Translations under genes and position numbers: made by a program | Assembly: GCA_018826905.1 (NCBI GenBank) | Contig: JAHJYC010000004.1 | Coordinates: 1-60,673, forward strand | Length of the DNA: 60,673 nt | Origin: Patescibacteria group bacterium | GTDB lineage: Bacteria > Patescibacteriota > Minisyncoccia > Phycocordibacterales > Phycocordibacteraceae | Direction of reading: 5' to 3' | In this document: in pieces, positions 1-9,381 of the stretch | Layout of the letters: every line of letters starts with the position of its first letter | Position numbering within the stretch: the stretch's first letter is position 1 | The notes under the pieces: generated by a model | Databases searched by the model: none | What the model was told of the DNA's origin: nothing | What the model saw: the letters and a program-made list of their open reading frames with translations, nothing else

Positions 1-65
1 CGTCCGCGACGACGGACGAGAATATCACCAGGCTGTTGCTTTTTAATTGATGCGCGTACTTTCAT
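1..65 (-). CDS. rpmJ: 50S ribosomal protein L36 (partial, runs off the window start)
   Basis: Hand translation from ATG at 65 gives MKVRASIKKQQPGDILVRRRG; canonical position downstream of infA. Confidence 0.9.
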   Translation of the reverse strand, partial: MKVRASIKKQQPGDILVRRRG

Positions 66-123
66 TTGATTTGTATAGATAGCCCACTCATGTGAACAAT
101 TGCCGTAAGCTGCCGCTCCTCGC

Positions 124-342
124 TTACGAAAGGCGTCTAACGATGCGTGCTCGTCCTCCGTATGGGTCAGTGACTAGTTCAACCTGGTCACCTACCAGCA
201 CACGAATTCTGTGCAATCGCATCTTGCCTGCAAGATAAGAAAGCTGTAGTTCTCCCGAAGACAACCGAACTCTAAATAAAGAATTCGGCAGCACCTCTTC
301 TACGGTGCCTGTTGTGGGATCATCAGATTTTCCTACCTCCAT
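124..342 (-). CDS. infA: Translation initiation factor IF-1
   Basis: GTVEEVLPNSLFRVRL...YLAGKMRLHRIRVLVGDQV signature, 72 aa. Confidence 0.97.
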   Translation of the reverse strand: MEVGKSDDPTTGTVEEVLPNSLFRVRLSSGELQLSYLAGKMRLHRIRVLVGDQVELVTDPYGGRARIVRRLS

Positions 343-407
343 GTGAAGCCTCAGTATCCTACCAAGGACATACTACTGCGTCAACAGCAAGGAGCGGAAA
401 ACCCTTG

Positions 408-1682
408 CTACGGGGCCGTCTTCTTAACCTCAACAGTTACTTTTGCAGGGTCCTGAGGGAACGTATTAGCCCAGAAAGGGCGAAGTACGAGTACTGCGGA
501 GTCTACCTCAGGGAAGCCTGTAAGGACCACTTCAGCGCTGTTACGGGTTTTTCCTGCAACTGCTCCAGCTATCTTGTCTTCCTCTACAATCCATTCAATA
601 GTGACGTTTCCAGCTAGTGAGAAGGCAAACTCTTGCGCTCCAGGGCTAGGCAGGTCCCCAACAGGTGTAAGAGTAAGGCCTGACACATCAGTTAATGTAA
701 CTGGTTGTCCGGCATATGCTCCAACAACTTGAAGCGCTATTGCCTTTGCGAGAGCAGTCTTTGGGAACACAATTGCTGTAGCAACTGCCTTTTCAGAAAG
801 TTCTACATTGCCTCCGCTTGCAACTCCATCGGGCTGAGTAACGTAAGAGACAGTGCTTGCTCCTCCGATAAGCACGTACCCCTCTGGCGCTGCTGTCATA
901 ATTGCTTCCTCAATCTGTGGAGCAAGGGCTGCACGAAGTTCTGCCATCTGTGCGTCACGAGTCGTTTGTCCTACGCTCGCTCTTGTGCCAGAGAATCCTC
1001 CTGACATAGGAGCGTCTGAGCGGGCAGTTACCTGAGTAAACAATGCACCCCCGGCAAGTCCTGGAAGGGTGAATGTAGTTGGTCCGACGTTATAGGTATC
1101 GCCTGAAGCATCTGCGTAAGCAGTTATGGCAAGTTCTCCAGGAACATCCCCTCTTGCTGCTGGCACTGTAACTGACTCATGAATACGGAAGATAAGACCA
1201 TCTGGCGTCTCAAAACGAGTATTCTTAATCAGTTGTTGAGGAGTTGCCTGCTTGTTTAGAATAGTGATTGTTCCTTGAGCTGGCTGATTAACAGTTTCAG
1301 TTCCCTCAGAGGCAACAGAAGCTGTCGCTGTTTTTTCAACAGTAACGAACTCAAATGGCAGATCTCCGCCAGATACTGTTGCGATAAAGTCACCAGTTAC
1401 ATAGGAGACATTGGTTGATGGAGTAACGGTTACCTTTGCCCCTGAAAATACAACGAGTGCTCCAACTGAAACAGCAATAACAATAAGTGCGATAATTGCT
1501 GTGCCAACTGGGAACTTCCGACCTATCTTTCGTGGAGGAAGCGGACGCTCGTACTGTGGACGTGCGGACGGCATCTGCATCCCTTCCTTTTCAACTGGAG
1601 GAGTGTAAGAAGGAACATTCTCTGTTCCCTGCATGGTGCGTCTTCGTGATGGAGGAATTATGTCATTCAAATTCTTATTCAT
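408..1682 (-). CDS. Conserved single-pass membrane protein with a baseplate-J-like beta domain (CPR-type hypothetical)
   Basis: NDIIPP N-terminus, one TM helix (AIIALIVIAVSVGALVVF), AQGTITILN...TRFETPDGLIFR...YNVGP pattern recalled from CPR proteins. Confidence 0.6.
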   Translation of the reverse strand: MNKNLNDIIPPSRRRTMQGTENVPSYTPPVEKEGMQMPSARPQYERPLPPRKIGRKFPVGTAIIALIVIAVSVGALVVFSGAKVTVTPSTNVSYVTGDFIATVSGGDLPFEFVTVEKTATASVASEGTETVNQPAQGTITILNKQATPQQLIKNTRFETPDGLIFRIHESVTVPAARGDVPGELAITAYADASGDTYNVGPTTFTLPGLAGGALFTQVTARSDAPMSGGFSGTRASVGQTTRDAQMAELRAALAPQIEEAIMTAAPEGYVLIGGASTVSYVTQPDGVASGGNVELSEKAVATAIVFPKTALAKAIALQVVGAYAGQPVTLTDVSGLTLTPVGDLPSPGAQEFAFSLAGNVTIEWIVEEDKIAGAVAGKTRNSAEVVLTGFPEVDSAVLVLRPFWANTFPQDPAKVTVEVKKTAP

Positions 1683-1767
1683 AGCTGCGTGAGAAAGCCT
1701 TTCTAGGTAATATGTTTGTAGTATACACCGGTGCCAAGGGCTCTAGAACCCTGTAGGGTATAACGCC

Positions 1768-2904
1768 CTACAGGTTCCCAATACCCTTTTTGCAATACAA
1801 CGCGAGCAACGCGAGATACACATCTCCCTCTGCGAGTCCTCGTGTCTTCACATACGGAGCGATATGTGACGGGAGAAGCGGAACAACAGAGAGAGGCTCA
1901 TCTGATAGCCACAGCGACCGAAGCTCGCTTTTCTCTAAGACATGTTTGAGGAAGCCTCGTGCATTCTCGTCGGCAAGAAGAAACAGCATGCGAGGCAAGG
2001 CCTGCTTTCCGGAAAATTCTGTAAACACTTCTCGTAGTCCTAGAAGCCATGTCTTCTCCAGCTCGTCGGTGCGGGCTTCAAAGGCAGTGTTCCTCAAGGG
2101 ATCAATCATTCCGACTGAAGGAAGTGAGTGTGCATGTGCTGCCCTTTTTCCGCCTTCAAGTAACTCATGTGTTCCGTGTGGGACAGTACGTACTCCTGCG
2201 AGGAGTCCTCTTTTAACAAAAGCGGCATCAGTAGCTGTTCCTGACACATCAAGCACAATAAAATCCTTCTGGTGTGGGTACAGGTCTCTGAAAACTGAGT
2301 ATGCTGCTGGAGCAAACGCAGTAAGCGTCACATCGTGGGTGTGAAAGGTTTTTCGTAAGGAAGTAAGTATCTCCTTTGCGATAGCTTTTTCAATCGTTGA
2401 GGACAAAACGATCATCTCTGCTCTGTTTACTCGCTTTCCAAAAGGGTTTTGAGTCTCATACCCATTAAGAATGGTGGCAATAATTGTCCTTCCTGATTCT
2501 AGACGGTCCTCAGACGCAGGTTCAATGTCTTGAATTGCACTCTCCATCGCCGCGTGCGTAAAGGTAAATGCTTGGCTCTTCTGTATGCTTCTTGAGGTTA
2601 TGTCCGTGTCTTGCCAAGGAGCTCCCACAGATACAAGCACGCTATCAATGTGCCCGCTTCCCACCTCTCTTCTTAAAGTAGGTCCTCCCTCCTCAACGAG
2701 CATACGCTCAACAACTGAAAGGGCGCGTAGCATCCCAGCTGAAAGCATTTCCCCTTCGTATAGCTCAACAGGGACACGAACACTAAAATACAGTGTCGGA
2801 AGTGAATGCTTCCTGTAATACACCAACGCTCCTCCTACGGAAGAAGAGCTAATATCAAGTAAGGCAACAGACAGAGCCTTCTTTTTTAAAGAGAACAGCG
2901 ACAT
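1768..2904 (-). CDS. FtsA/PilM-like actin-fold hypothetical protein
   Basis: LLDISSSSVGG and VLDVSGTATD phosphate-loop-like motifs; start moved to MSLFS (2904), which has TGGTATACT 7 nt upstream. Confidence 0.6.
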   Translation of the reverse strand: MSLFSLKKKALSVALLDISSSSVGGALVYYRKHSLPTLYFSVRVPVELYEGEMLSAGMLRALSVVERMLVEEGGPTLRREVGSGHIDSVLVSVGAPWQDTDITSRSIQKSQAFTFTHAAMESAIQDIEPASEDRLESGRTIIATILNGYETQNPFGKRVNRAEMIVLSSTIEKAIAKEILTSLRKTFHTHDVTLTAFAPAAYSVFRDLYPHQKDFIVLDVSGTATDAAFVKRGLLAGVRTVPHGTHELLEGGKRAAHAHSLPSVGMIDPLRNTAFEARTDELEKTWLLGLREVFTEFSGKQALPRMLFLLADENARGFLKHVLEKSELRSLWLSDEPLSVVPLLPSHIAPYVKTRGLAEGDVYLALLALYCKKGIGNL

Positions 2905-2939
2905 TGCTGAAAGTATACCAAGAAGATTGTTAGGAAATG

Positions 2940-2963
2940 AAAAAGTCCGAAACAAGTTCGGAC
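2940..2963 (-). terminator. Intrinsic terminator
   Basis: Stem GTCCGAA/TTCGGAC (2945-2963) followed by a T-run on the minus strand. Confidence 0.7.
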
Positions 2964-3123
2964 AAATAGGGTGGATGGAGTGCAGCTCACGCTGTAGGAG
3001 CATGACTTCCTACTCGTTCCTCTGCCCTGGAAAGAGGTCAGAACACTCTATGTCTCAGGTAGTATGCGGCGTCCACGCTCGCGGGAAGACATATCTTTGC
3101 GTCTGTGGCACAAAGAACACCCG
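2940..3123 (-). ncRNA. Putative structured small RNA, 6S-like
   Basis: Own promoter and terminator; nested end-to-end pairing GGGTG/CACCC, GTGC/GCAC, ACGC/GCGT, ATGTCTTCC/GGAAGTCAT, CCTG/CAGG, AGAG/CTCT with internal bubbles. Confidence 0.5.
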
Positions 3124-3129
3124 TGTATG

Positions 3130-3157
3130 AATATAGAGCTTTTGGCTAGAAAGTCAA
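3130..3157 (-). promoter_or_regulatory. Sigma70-type promoter for the putative sRNA
   Basis: TTGACT (3157-3152), 16-nt spacer, TATATT (3135-3130). Confidence 0.6.
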
Positions 3158-3159
3158 AG

Positions 3160-5076
3160 TTAGACAAGTACTGCCTTAATGCGACGAATTCCAGAAGCCA
3201 CAGCCTCCTCTTTAAGAATTTTGAAACGGGTACCTCCTGTATGAATTTCACTTGTGTTCGCGACATGAGGCCCACCACAGAATTCAAGTGAGAATGCTTC
3301 AGGAATTCTTGGGTTCTCTGCTGACGCTTCAGCTGGGCCAACAGAATACACGGAAACAGTATCTGGATATTTCACCCCAAACTCCATCTGGGCACCCAAC
3401 TTCTCTGCTTCTTCTCGTGGCATGACGGTGCGAGTTACAGGGAGATCTTGGTAGATGATGTCGTTTACAATTCGCTCTACCTCAGCCTTCTGCTCGTCTG
3501 ACATTTTACCTGGGGAAGAAAAATCTATACGAAGTCGCTCAGAGGTGATGTTGCTTCCACGCTGGAACACTTCTTCTCCGAGCACCATCTGGAGTGCCTT
3601 TAGCAGAATGTGGTGTGTCGTATGATAGCGCACTGTTTGCTCTGCATGATCTGCAAGTCCCCCTGCAAACTTTTGTGCTGCTCCGGCTCGGGATTGGCTT
3701 TGGTGCGCTTCCATTGCTGATTTGAAATCAGTTTCTAGCAGTGTAAGCCCGCGCTCCTTTGCGAGCTCCTGCGTAAGTTCAAACGGGAATCCGAAAGAAG
3801 AAAAGAGAATAAATGCATTTTCTCCAGTTATATCTCCCTTTGCAGCAAGTTTCTCAAACTCCTTAAGTCCTGTTGTAAGGGTATTTCTAAATTTTCGCTC
3901 TTCAGCGGAAAGCCCTTCTTCAATTAAAGGAAGTGCGTCAGCAACCCATGGGTACTGGTCCTTATATAACTCTGCAAAACCATGCGCAATTTCAACGAGG
4001 ACGGCGTCCTTGATTCCAAGACGGTCTACTTCACGAATTGCTCTTCGTAACAATCTACGCAGTATGTAGCCAGCCTCCGTATTTGATGGCTTGATATCTG
4101 AAGCGAGCATAAAGAATGCTGCACGGGTGTGGTCAAGAATGATTCTAAAAGAGCGTAGATCTTCCTCAGTCGCTCCATACGTCTTTCCTGTCTTCTCTTC
4201 AAGTACGCGCCTAGCCTTTTCAAATACATCAATTAAGAACACGTCGGGGTCTCCGAGTGTTGCCGCGACAAGTCGTTCAAGTCCCCCGCCGAAATCAACA
4301 TTCTTTTTAGGAAGTTGGGAGAAAGACCCATCCTCTTCCTTTTTAAACTGCATAAATACTGAGTTTCCGATCTCAACAAAGCGCCCGCAATCACAGTTTG
4401 GGTGGCACTCCGCTCCCCATGAAGGATCATGCGGGAGCCCGAAGTCATAAAAGAGCTCAGAATCAGGGCCTCCTGGCTCTCCTGGTGGCATGTTGTTTGG
4501 AACTCCGGCTCTACTCCACCAGTTCTTCTTAGCGTCGTACGCAAAAATACGAGAACCCTGCATTCCCTTTTTATAGCCTTCTTCCTCACTTCCAATTGAA
4601 GAAAACTTTGCCTCAATACTTTTTTCCTCAAAAAGTTTTTGCCACAGGGCAACTGATTCCATATCTGCGCCTATGCCAGTACTCTCGTCTCCAGAGAATA
4701 CAGTTACATACAGCTTCTCTGGATCTAGCCCAAGCCCTTCCTCTTTTGAGGTGAGAAATTCAAATACCCACGGGAGCTGCTCTTCCCTGAAATAATCCCC
4801 TAAGGACCAATTCCCCAGCATTTCAAAGAAAGTAGTGTGCCTGTTGTCACCCACTTCTTCAATATCTTGTCCACGGAAACAGGTCTGTGCATCAACTAAA
4901 CGTGTCCCCGCTGGATGCTCTTCTCCTAGAAGATAGGGTACTAAGGGCTGCATACCAGAAGAGGTAAAGAGCGTTGTTGGGTCATTGTCTGGCCGGATCG
5001 GTGCTGAAGGAATCTCCACGTGCCCGCGTGCTTTATAAAAAGTAAGGAATCTGGATCGTACCTCTGAAAGCGTCAT
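3160..5076 (-). CDS. alaS: Alanine--tRNA ligase, compact form without the C-Ala domain
   Basis: DPTTLFTSSGMQP, HTTFFEMLGNWSLGDYF, HTTHH editing motif, EFCGGPHV, GIRRIKAV terminus; start at MTLSEVR. Confidence 0.97.
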   Translation of the reverse strand: MTLSEVRSRFLTFYKARGHVEIPSAPIRPDNDPTTLFTSSGMQPLVPYLLGEEHPAGTRLVDAQTCFRGQDIEEVGDNRHTTFFEMLGNWSLGDYFREEQLPWVFEFLTSKEEGLGLDPEKLYVTVFSGDESTGIGADMESVALWQKLFEEKSIEAKFSSIGSEEEGYKKGMQGSRIFAYDAKKNWWSRAGVPNNMPPGEPGGPDSELFYDFGLPHDPSWGAECHPNCDCGRFVEIGNSVFMQFKKEEDGSFSQLPKKNVDFGGGLERLVAATLGDPDVFLIDVFEKARRVLEEKTGKTYGATEEDLRSFRIILDHTRAAFFMLASDIKPSNTEAGYILRRLLRRAIREVDRLGIKDAVLVEIAHGFAELYKDQYPWVADALPLIEEGLSAEERKFRNTLTTGLKEFEKLAAKGDITGENAFILFSSFGFPFELTQELAKERGLTLLETDFKSAMEAHQSQSRAGAAQKFAGGLADHAEQTVRYHTTHHILLKALQMVLGEEVFQRGSNITSERLRIDFSSPGKMSDEQKAEVERIVNDIIYQDLPVTRTVMPREEAEKLGAQMEFGVKYPDTVSVYSVGPAEASAENPRIPEAFSLEFCGGPHVANTSEIHTGGTRFKILKEEAVASGIRRIKAVLV

Positions 5077-5113
5077 AGTGGTATGACGATACCATGCTCG
5101 GTATACTGTGCCT

Positions 5114-7087
5114 ATGGCTAAAATGAACACTTCCTGGGGCTTTGATGTGCGAGAGCTTGATCCATCTATTCGTCCACAAGACGATTTTTTCCACCACACA
5201 AACAAAACGTGGATGGAGACTAACCCAATCCCAAAGGTTGAATCACGCTGGGGGAGCTTTAACATACTTCGGTATAAATCAGAGAAGCAGCTCATGACGT
5301 TGCTGAAGACAATTGAGTCAGTAAAAAAAGTATCCGCAGGAAGCCCAGAGCAACTCATTCGTGATTTCTATAGAGCGGGAATGGATATGAAAAAAAGAAA
5401 TGCGTTGGGGCTGACTCCGCTTCGTTCACTTATAAAGAGAATAAGAAATATATCGTCAACGGATGATCTGGAGGCCGTTATTGAGAAGCTGCATCGTATT
5501 GGAGTTGGTGTTGCCTGGGGAGCTGGAGTTGACCAGGACGCTAAGAATAGCGAAGTGTATGCACTTCATCTTGCGCAAGATGGACTTGGAATGCCGGACC
5601 GTGAGTACTATTTAAAGAATGATGCGGAGTCTGTCCGTGTGCGTGATGCATATAAAGCACATGTTGAAAAACTCTTTGTATTAATGGGAAGGAGTAAAGC
5701 TGAGGCAGTAAGGGAGCAGACTATCTTTATGGCCTTTGAGACATCCCTAGCAAAAGCCTTCATGAAAAAGGAGGACGCAAGAGATCCTGAAAAGACCTAC
5801 CACAAGTATTCTTTCCCTCAATTAAAGAAGCTTGCACCTCAGATTGATTGGGTTACCTACCTAAAAAGAGCAGGAGTCTCTGGTGTTTCGTATGTGCTAG
5901 TTACTCAACCTGAGTACCTTAAGGAGGTAGCAAAACAAACCAGGGAGACCGATCTCTCTGTATGGAAGTCTTATCTTGAATGGCACCTTGTTAACGATTA
6001 CTCGGGGGTGCTTTCAGCTCCATTTATTAAACAAAGCTTCTCTTTCTACGGCACAGTTCTCTCTGGAACTACATCTATGCGTCCCTTATGGAGAAGGGTT
6101 CTTGGAGTAGTGAATGGGAGCTTGGGTGAAGCTCTGGGGCAACTATATGTGAAGAAGTACTTCCCTGCTGAGTCAAAGAAGAGAATGGATATTCTTGTAG
6201 ATGATTTATTCACTGCGTATGAAGCACGCATGCGCTCCCTTGCCTGGATGACTCCTGCAACAAAGAGGAAGGCACTGCAGAAACTAAAGGCACTCAATAG
6301 AAAAATTGGGCACCCAACGAAGTGGAAGTCCTATAAGGGACTGCGTATAGATGCGAATACTTATGCAGAGAATGTCATGCGAGTGAGTGAATATGAACAC
6401 CGCCGAGAAGTAAGGAAATTAGGTAGACCCATAGATCGTGCAGAGTGGTTTATGTACCCACAAACAGTGAATGCATATTTCGCACCTAGCCTGAACGATA
6501 TCGTGTTCCCTGCTGCCATACTCCAGCCGCCCTTCTTTAACGCAACTGGAGACGATGCTCTAAATTATGGCTGTATAGGTGCTGTAATTGGCCACGAGAT
6601 GACACACGGGTTTGATGATGAGGGGTCAAAGTTTGACGCTAAAGGAAATTTCAAAAGCTGGTGGAGCAAAGAGGATCGTTCAAAATTTGAGGAAAAGGCC
6701 AGGAAGGTTGAGAAACAATTTAATTCCTATCGTGTAGCTGATGGTGTTCCTGTAAATGGAAAGCTTACACTTGGAGAGAACATTGCTGATTTAGGCGGGC
6801 TTTCTATTGCATACGATGCGTATCAATTGCAATTGGCGAGAACAGGAAGAAAAGATATTGATGGACTTACTCCTGAGCAAAGGTTCTTCATCGGGTTTAG
6901 CCTATTTGAACGAGAGAATGCAAGGTCTGAGTTTACTAAAATGCAGGTGCTCACAGATCCGCATTCTCCAGGTATCTTCCGCATTAACGGCCCAATCTCT
7001 AACTTTGAGCCATTCTACGAGACGTACGGTGTTAAGAAAGGGGACGCATTGTATAGAGCTCCTAAGGACAGAGAGATGGTGTGGTAG
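5114..7087 (+). CDS. M13 family (neprilysin/PepO-like) zinc metallopeptidase
   Basis: VNAYF, HEMTH (HExxH), GENIAD and DPHSP motifs. Confidence 0.95.
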   Translation: MAKMNTSWGFDVRELDPSIRPQDDFFHHTNKTWMETNPIPKVESRWGSFNILRYKSEKQLMTLLKTIESVKKVSAGSPEQLIRDFYRAGMDMKKRNALGLTPLRSLIKRIRNISSTDDLEAVIEKLHRIGVGVAWGAGVDQDAKNSEVYALHLAQDGLGMPDREYYLKNDAESVRVRDAYKAHVEKLFVLMGRSKAEAVREQTIFMAFETSLAKAFMKKEDARDPEKTYHKYSFPQLKKLAPQIDWVTYLKRAGVSGVSYVLVTQPEYLKEVAKQTRETDLSVWKSYLEWHLVNDYSGVLSAPFIKQSFSFYGTVLSGTTSMRPLWRRVLGVVNGSLGEALGQLYVKKYFPAESKKRMDILVDDLFTAYEARMRSLAWMTPATKRKALQKLKALNRKIGHPTKWKSYKGLRIDANTYAENVMRVSEYEHRREVRKLGRPIDRAEWFMYPQTVNAYFAPSLNDIVFPAAILQPPFFNATGDDALNYGCIGAVIGHEMTHGFDDEGSKFDAKGNFKSWWSKEDRSKFEEKARKVEKQFNSYRVADGVPVNGKLTLGENIADLGGLSIAYDAYQLQLARTGRKDIDGLTPEQRFFIGFSLFERENARSEFTKMQVLTDPHSPGIFRINGPISNFEPFYETYGVKKGDALYRAPKDREMVW

Positions 7088-7091
7088 CAAG

Positions 7092-7757
7092 TTACGTCCA
7101 CTCTATAGGGGCTTTATTGCTCGCAACTAAGTAGCTATTCGTTTGGCTAAAAGGCTTAGATCCAAAGAACCCTTTCCTCGCAGAAAATGGCGAGGGGTGT
7201 GGAGATTCAATAATAAGATGTTTGTTTGAATCTATAAGGGTCCTTTTAGTTCTTGCGTGGTTGCCCCAAAGAATGAATACGATGTTTTCTCTTTCCTTAG
7301 AAAGTGCAGATATGGCTGCATCAGTGAATTGCTCCCAGCCCTTTCCTTGGTGTGATCCTGGAGTGCGAGCGCGGACAGTAAGGGTGGCGTTCAAAAGTAA
7401 GACACCTTGGCGTGCCCAGCGACTAAGATCTCCGGTTGTCATTGGCTTAACTCCTAAATCTTCCGACATCTCTTTGTAGATGTTTTGGAGCGATGGAGGG
7501 AGCTTGGTCCCCTCAGTAACAGAAAAAGATAGTCCCATCGCCTGATCTGGTCCGTGGTATGGATCCTGTCCTAGGATAACCACCTTCACTTCATCAAATG
7601 GAGTTAACTCAAAGGCAGCGAATATGTCTTTAGGATTTGGATATACGGTTTGGTCCGCATACTCGTCTTTTACAAATGCAGCTAACTCCAAGAAATACTC
7701 TTTCCTAAACTCGTCCTTAAGCGCCTGCTTCCATGATGGTTCAATGCGCACTTCCAT
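7092..7757 (-). CDS. ung: Uracil-DNA glycosylase, family 1
   Basis: GQDPYH, GVLLLN and HPSPFS motifs. Confidence 0.97.
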   Translation of the reverse strand: MEVRIEPSWKQALKDEFRKEYFLELAAFVKDEYADQTVYPNPKDIFAAFELTPFDEVKVVILGQDPYHGPDQAMGLSFSVTEGTKLPPSLQNIYKEMSEDLGVKPMTTGDLSRWARQGVLLLNATLTVRARTPGSHQGKGWEQFTDAAISALSKERENIVFILWGNHARTKRTLIDSNKHLIIESPHPSPFSARKGFFGSKPFSQTNSYLVASNKAPIEWT

Positions 7758-7760
7758 ACG

Positions 7761-8546
7761 CTATTTCTGTGCCTTTCTATGAAGTGCAAGTAGTTTTTTT
7801 CCTGCGGCCTCACGATACGGACAAAACTCGCAATCCTTGCCGACGGCTGGTATTGCGTCACTTTCAAGAGTTTCTTTAATTTTTGGTAGTACTTCATCAA
7901 TCCATGTAGTCTCTCCATTGCAGGGCACTACAGTAACCTCAAACTCAAGCTGTGCATCAAATGCCTGCTTGTCTGCACTAGCATTGGCGTAAACAAAGTA
8001 CCCGTTTGGCGATACTGAGAACCCATTCTTCTCAAGTAACCATTGATACACACCCATCTGTCGCTTGTACTGTTCGTTCCAAGAAGAATCCTCCAAAGTT
8101 TCTATAGTTCCTGGCTTTGACGTGGCCTTATAGTCAACAACAATAAGTTCACCCGCTTTGTTCACCCATATGTCGTCCACTGCTCCCGAGATGGTAAAGC
8201 CAGTAGGTTCATGAAAATGCTCAACTCCTTCAAAATTCTCTCTCCAGGTGTTCATGTTTTTGTGCACAAAAGGAACAGCATCAATTCCATATTTCTCCAT
8301 TAACGGGTGAGCAGTTCCTGCAACACGGTGCACATCAAATTCTTTCTTTAAGAGAGCGTCAACGGCGATGTTAAGCGTAAATGCGGGGCCACGTGGACGA
8401 GCAGTCCCAAGTTTATTGTCTAGATAAAAACAACGAGGGCACTCATTGAAAAGTTCAATCTTAGACCGAGAGAGACGCCACTTCTTTCCGCCATGATTCC
8501 AGTCGCTACTTCTATTTGGATTGTACTGCTTTTTGAATTCAGCCAT
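7761..8546 (-). CDS. PD-(D/E)xK nuclease, RecB/Cas4-like
   Basis: SRSKI...CPRCFY, GAVDD, VVDYKAT, QMGVY and C-terminal CEFCPY. Confidence 0.85.
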   Translation of the reverse strand: MAEFKKQYNPNRSSDWNHGGKKWRLSRSKIELFNECPRCFYLDNKLGTARPRGPAFTLNIAVDALLKKEFDVHRVAGTAHPLMEKYGIDAVPFVHKNMNTWRENFEGVEHFHEPTGFTISGAVDDIWVNKAGELIVVDYKATSKPGTIETLEDSSWNEQYKRQMGVYQWLLEKNGFSVSPNGYFVYANASADKQAFDAQLEFEVTVVPCNGETTWIDEVLPKIKETLESDAIPAVGKDCEFCPYREAAGKKLLALHRKAQK

Positions 8547-8547
8547 A

Positions 8548-9381
8548 TTATTTATGAGAGCAAAGAACATTAATTTCGGCAACAACAGCACCAATACGCT
8601 CCGGTGTCATACCAATTTCTCTTAATACACTTCTGTTTTCGCGTACTTGCTCGCAAGTAACAATACTCCTATCAATAAGTAGCTTTTTCTCAGCCTTCTT
8701 TAGTAGGGTGAGAGAAGTTACAGGATACAAACCATTTGCAATGATTCGGTCATACAAGTTGCCTTCATGAGGATAGCTCCATCCAAGTAATTTCATACCT
8801 GAACAGTTTGCATATTCAATTGCCTGCCGCGTAAACTTAGTATTCGTAATAAGAAAACCAGTATCAACAGGGCATACTGAACCAATGGAAGGATCACATT
8901 GCCAAATATCATCAAAACGTGCTTTTACATACAAAGCCACTTTCACATCAGTTTTGTACCCAGGATTGTTGTGGTATTTAAGTTCAGCTGCGAGGTGCTC
9001 TCCTTCTCTTTTTGCGTATACATCAACCTCGTGCGACACACATTTGCCCGGGATAATCCTTCTTCCCTCTACTTCCCACCCTTCCTTCTTAAAAATCTCT
9101 GCCACGAAATCTTCAAACGGGTGTCCTGTGGGGCCAAGCTCAAATAACGCTCTACGCAAGCTATAACGCGCTGCAGAAGGACGGCTATCATGTCGTAGCA
9201 TCTGGAATGCTCTGCGATATATTTCAGTACTCTCCGCCATCGGGCTTATAGAGTCTTCAATAGTACTTCTAATCCGTGACGCTATTGATTCAGTGGCGCC
9301 TGCGCGTATGAGAGAGTTCTCAAGTTTACTTCCGTCAAATATCTCAACGGTGCCATCTGCTTTAACTATTTCTGTTGCCAT
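8548..9381 (-). CDS. ATP-cone domain plus Mrr-like endonuclease fold protein
   Basis: N-terminal IVKADG...FDGSKL ATP-cone; FEDFVAEIF, HEVDV, AELKYH and LITNTKFT nuclease-fold motifs. Confidence 0.8.
   Translation of the reverse strand: MATEIVKADGTVEIFDGSKLENSLIRAGATESIASRIRSTIEDSISPMAESTEIYRRAFQMLRHDSRPSAARYSLRRALFELGPTGHPFEDFVAEIFKKEGWEVEGRRIIPGKCVSHEVDVYAKREGEHLAAELKYHNNPGYKTDVKVALYVKARFDDIWQCDPSIGSVCPVDTGFLITNTKFTRQAIEYANCSGMKLLGWSYPHEGNLYDRIIANGLYPVTSLTLLKKAEKKLLIDRSIVTCEQVRENRSVLREIGMTPERIGAVVAEINVLCSHK

Noticed and set aside
2927-3130. Plus-strand Cys-rich 67-aa ORF as a zinc-finger protein
   Set aside because: The promoter, terminator T-run and fold all point to a minus-strand RNA; no plus-strand expression signals were seen. 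Not fully excluded.
5077-5358. N-terminal extension of alaS overlapping the M13 peptidase
   Set aside because: AlaRS similarity begins at MTLSEVR (5076); the extension is antisense to the peptidase. The same reasoning was used to trim starts of atpD, atpG, uvrB, the response regulator and others.
7761-8546. Cas4-like gene as evidence of CRISPR-Cas
   Set aside because: No cas1/cas2 and no repeat-spacer array in the window; solo PD-(D/E)xK nucleases are common.
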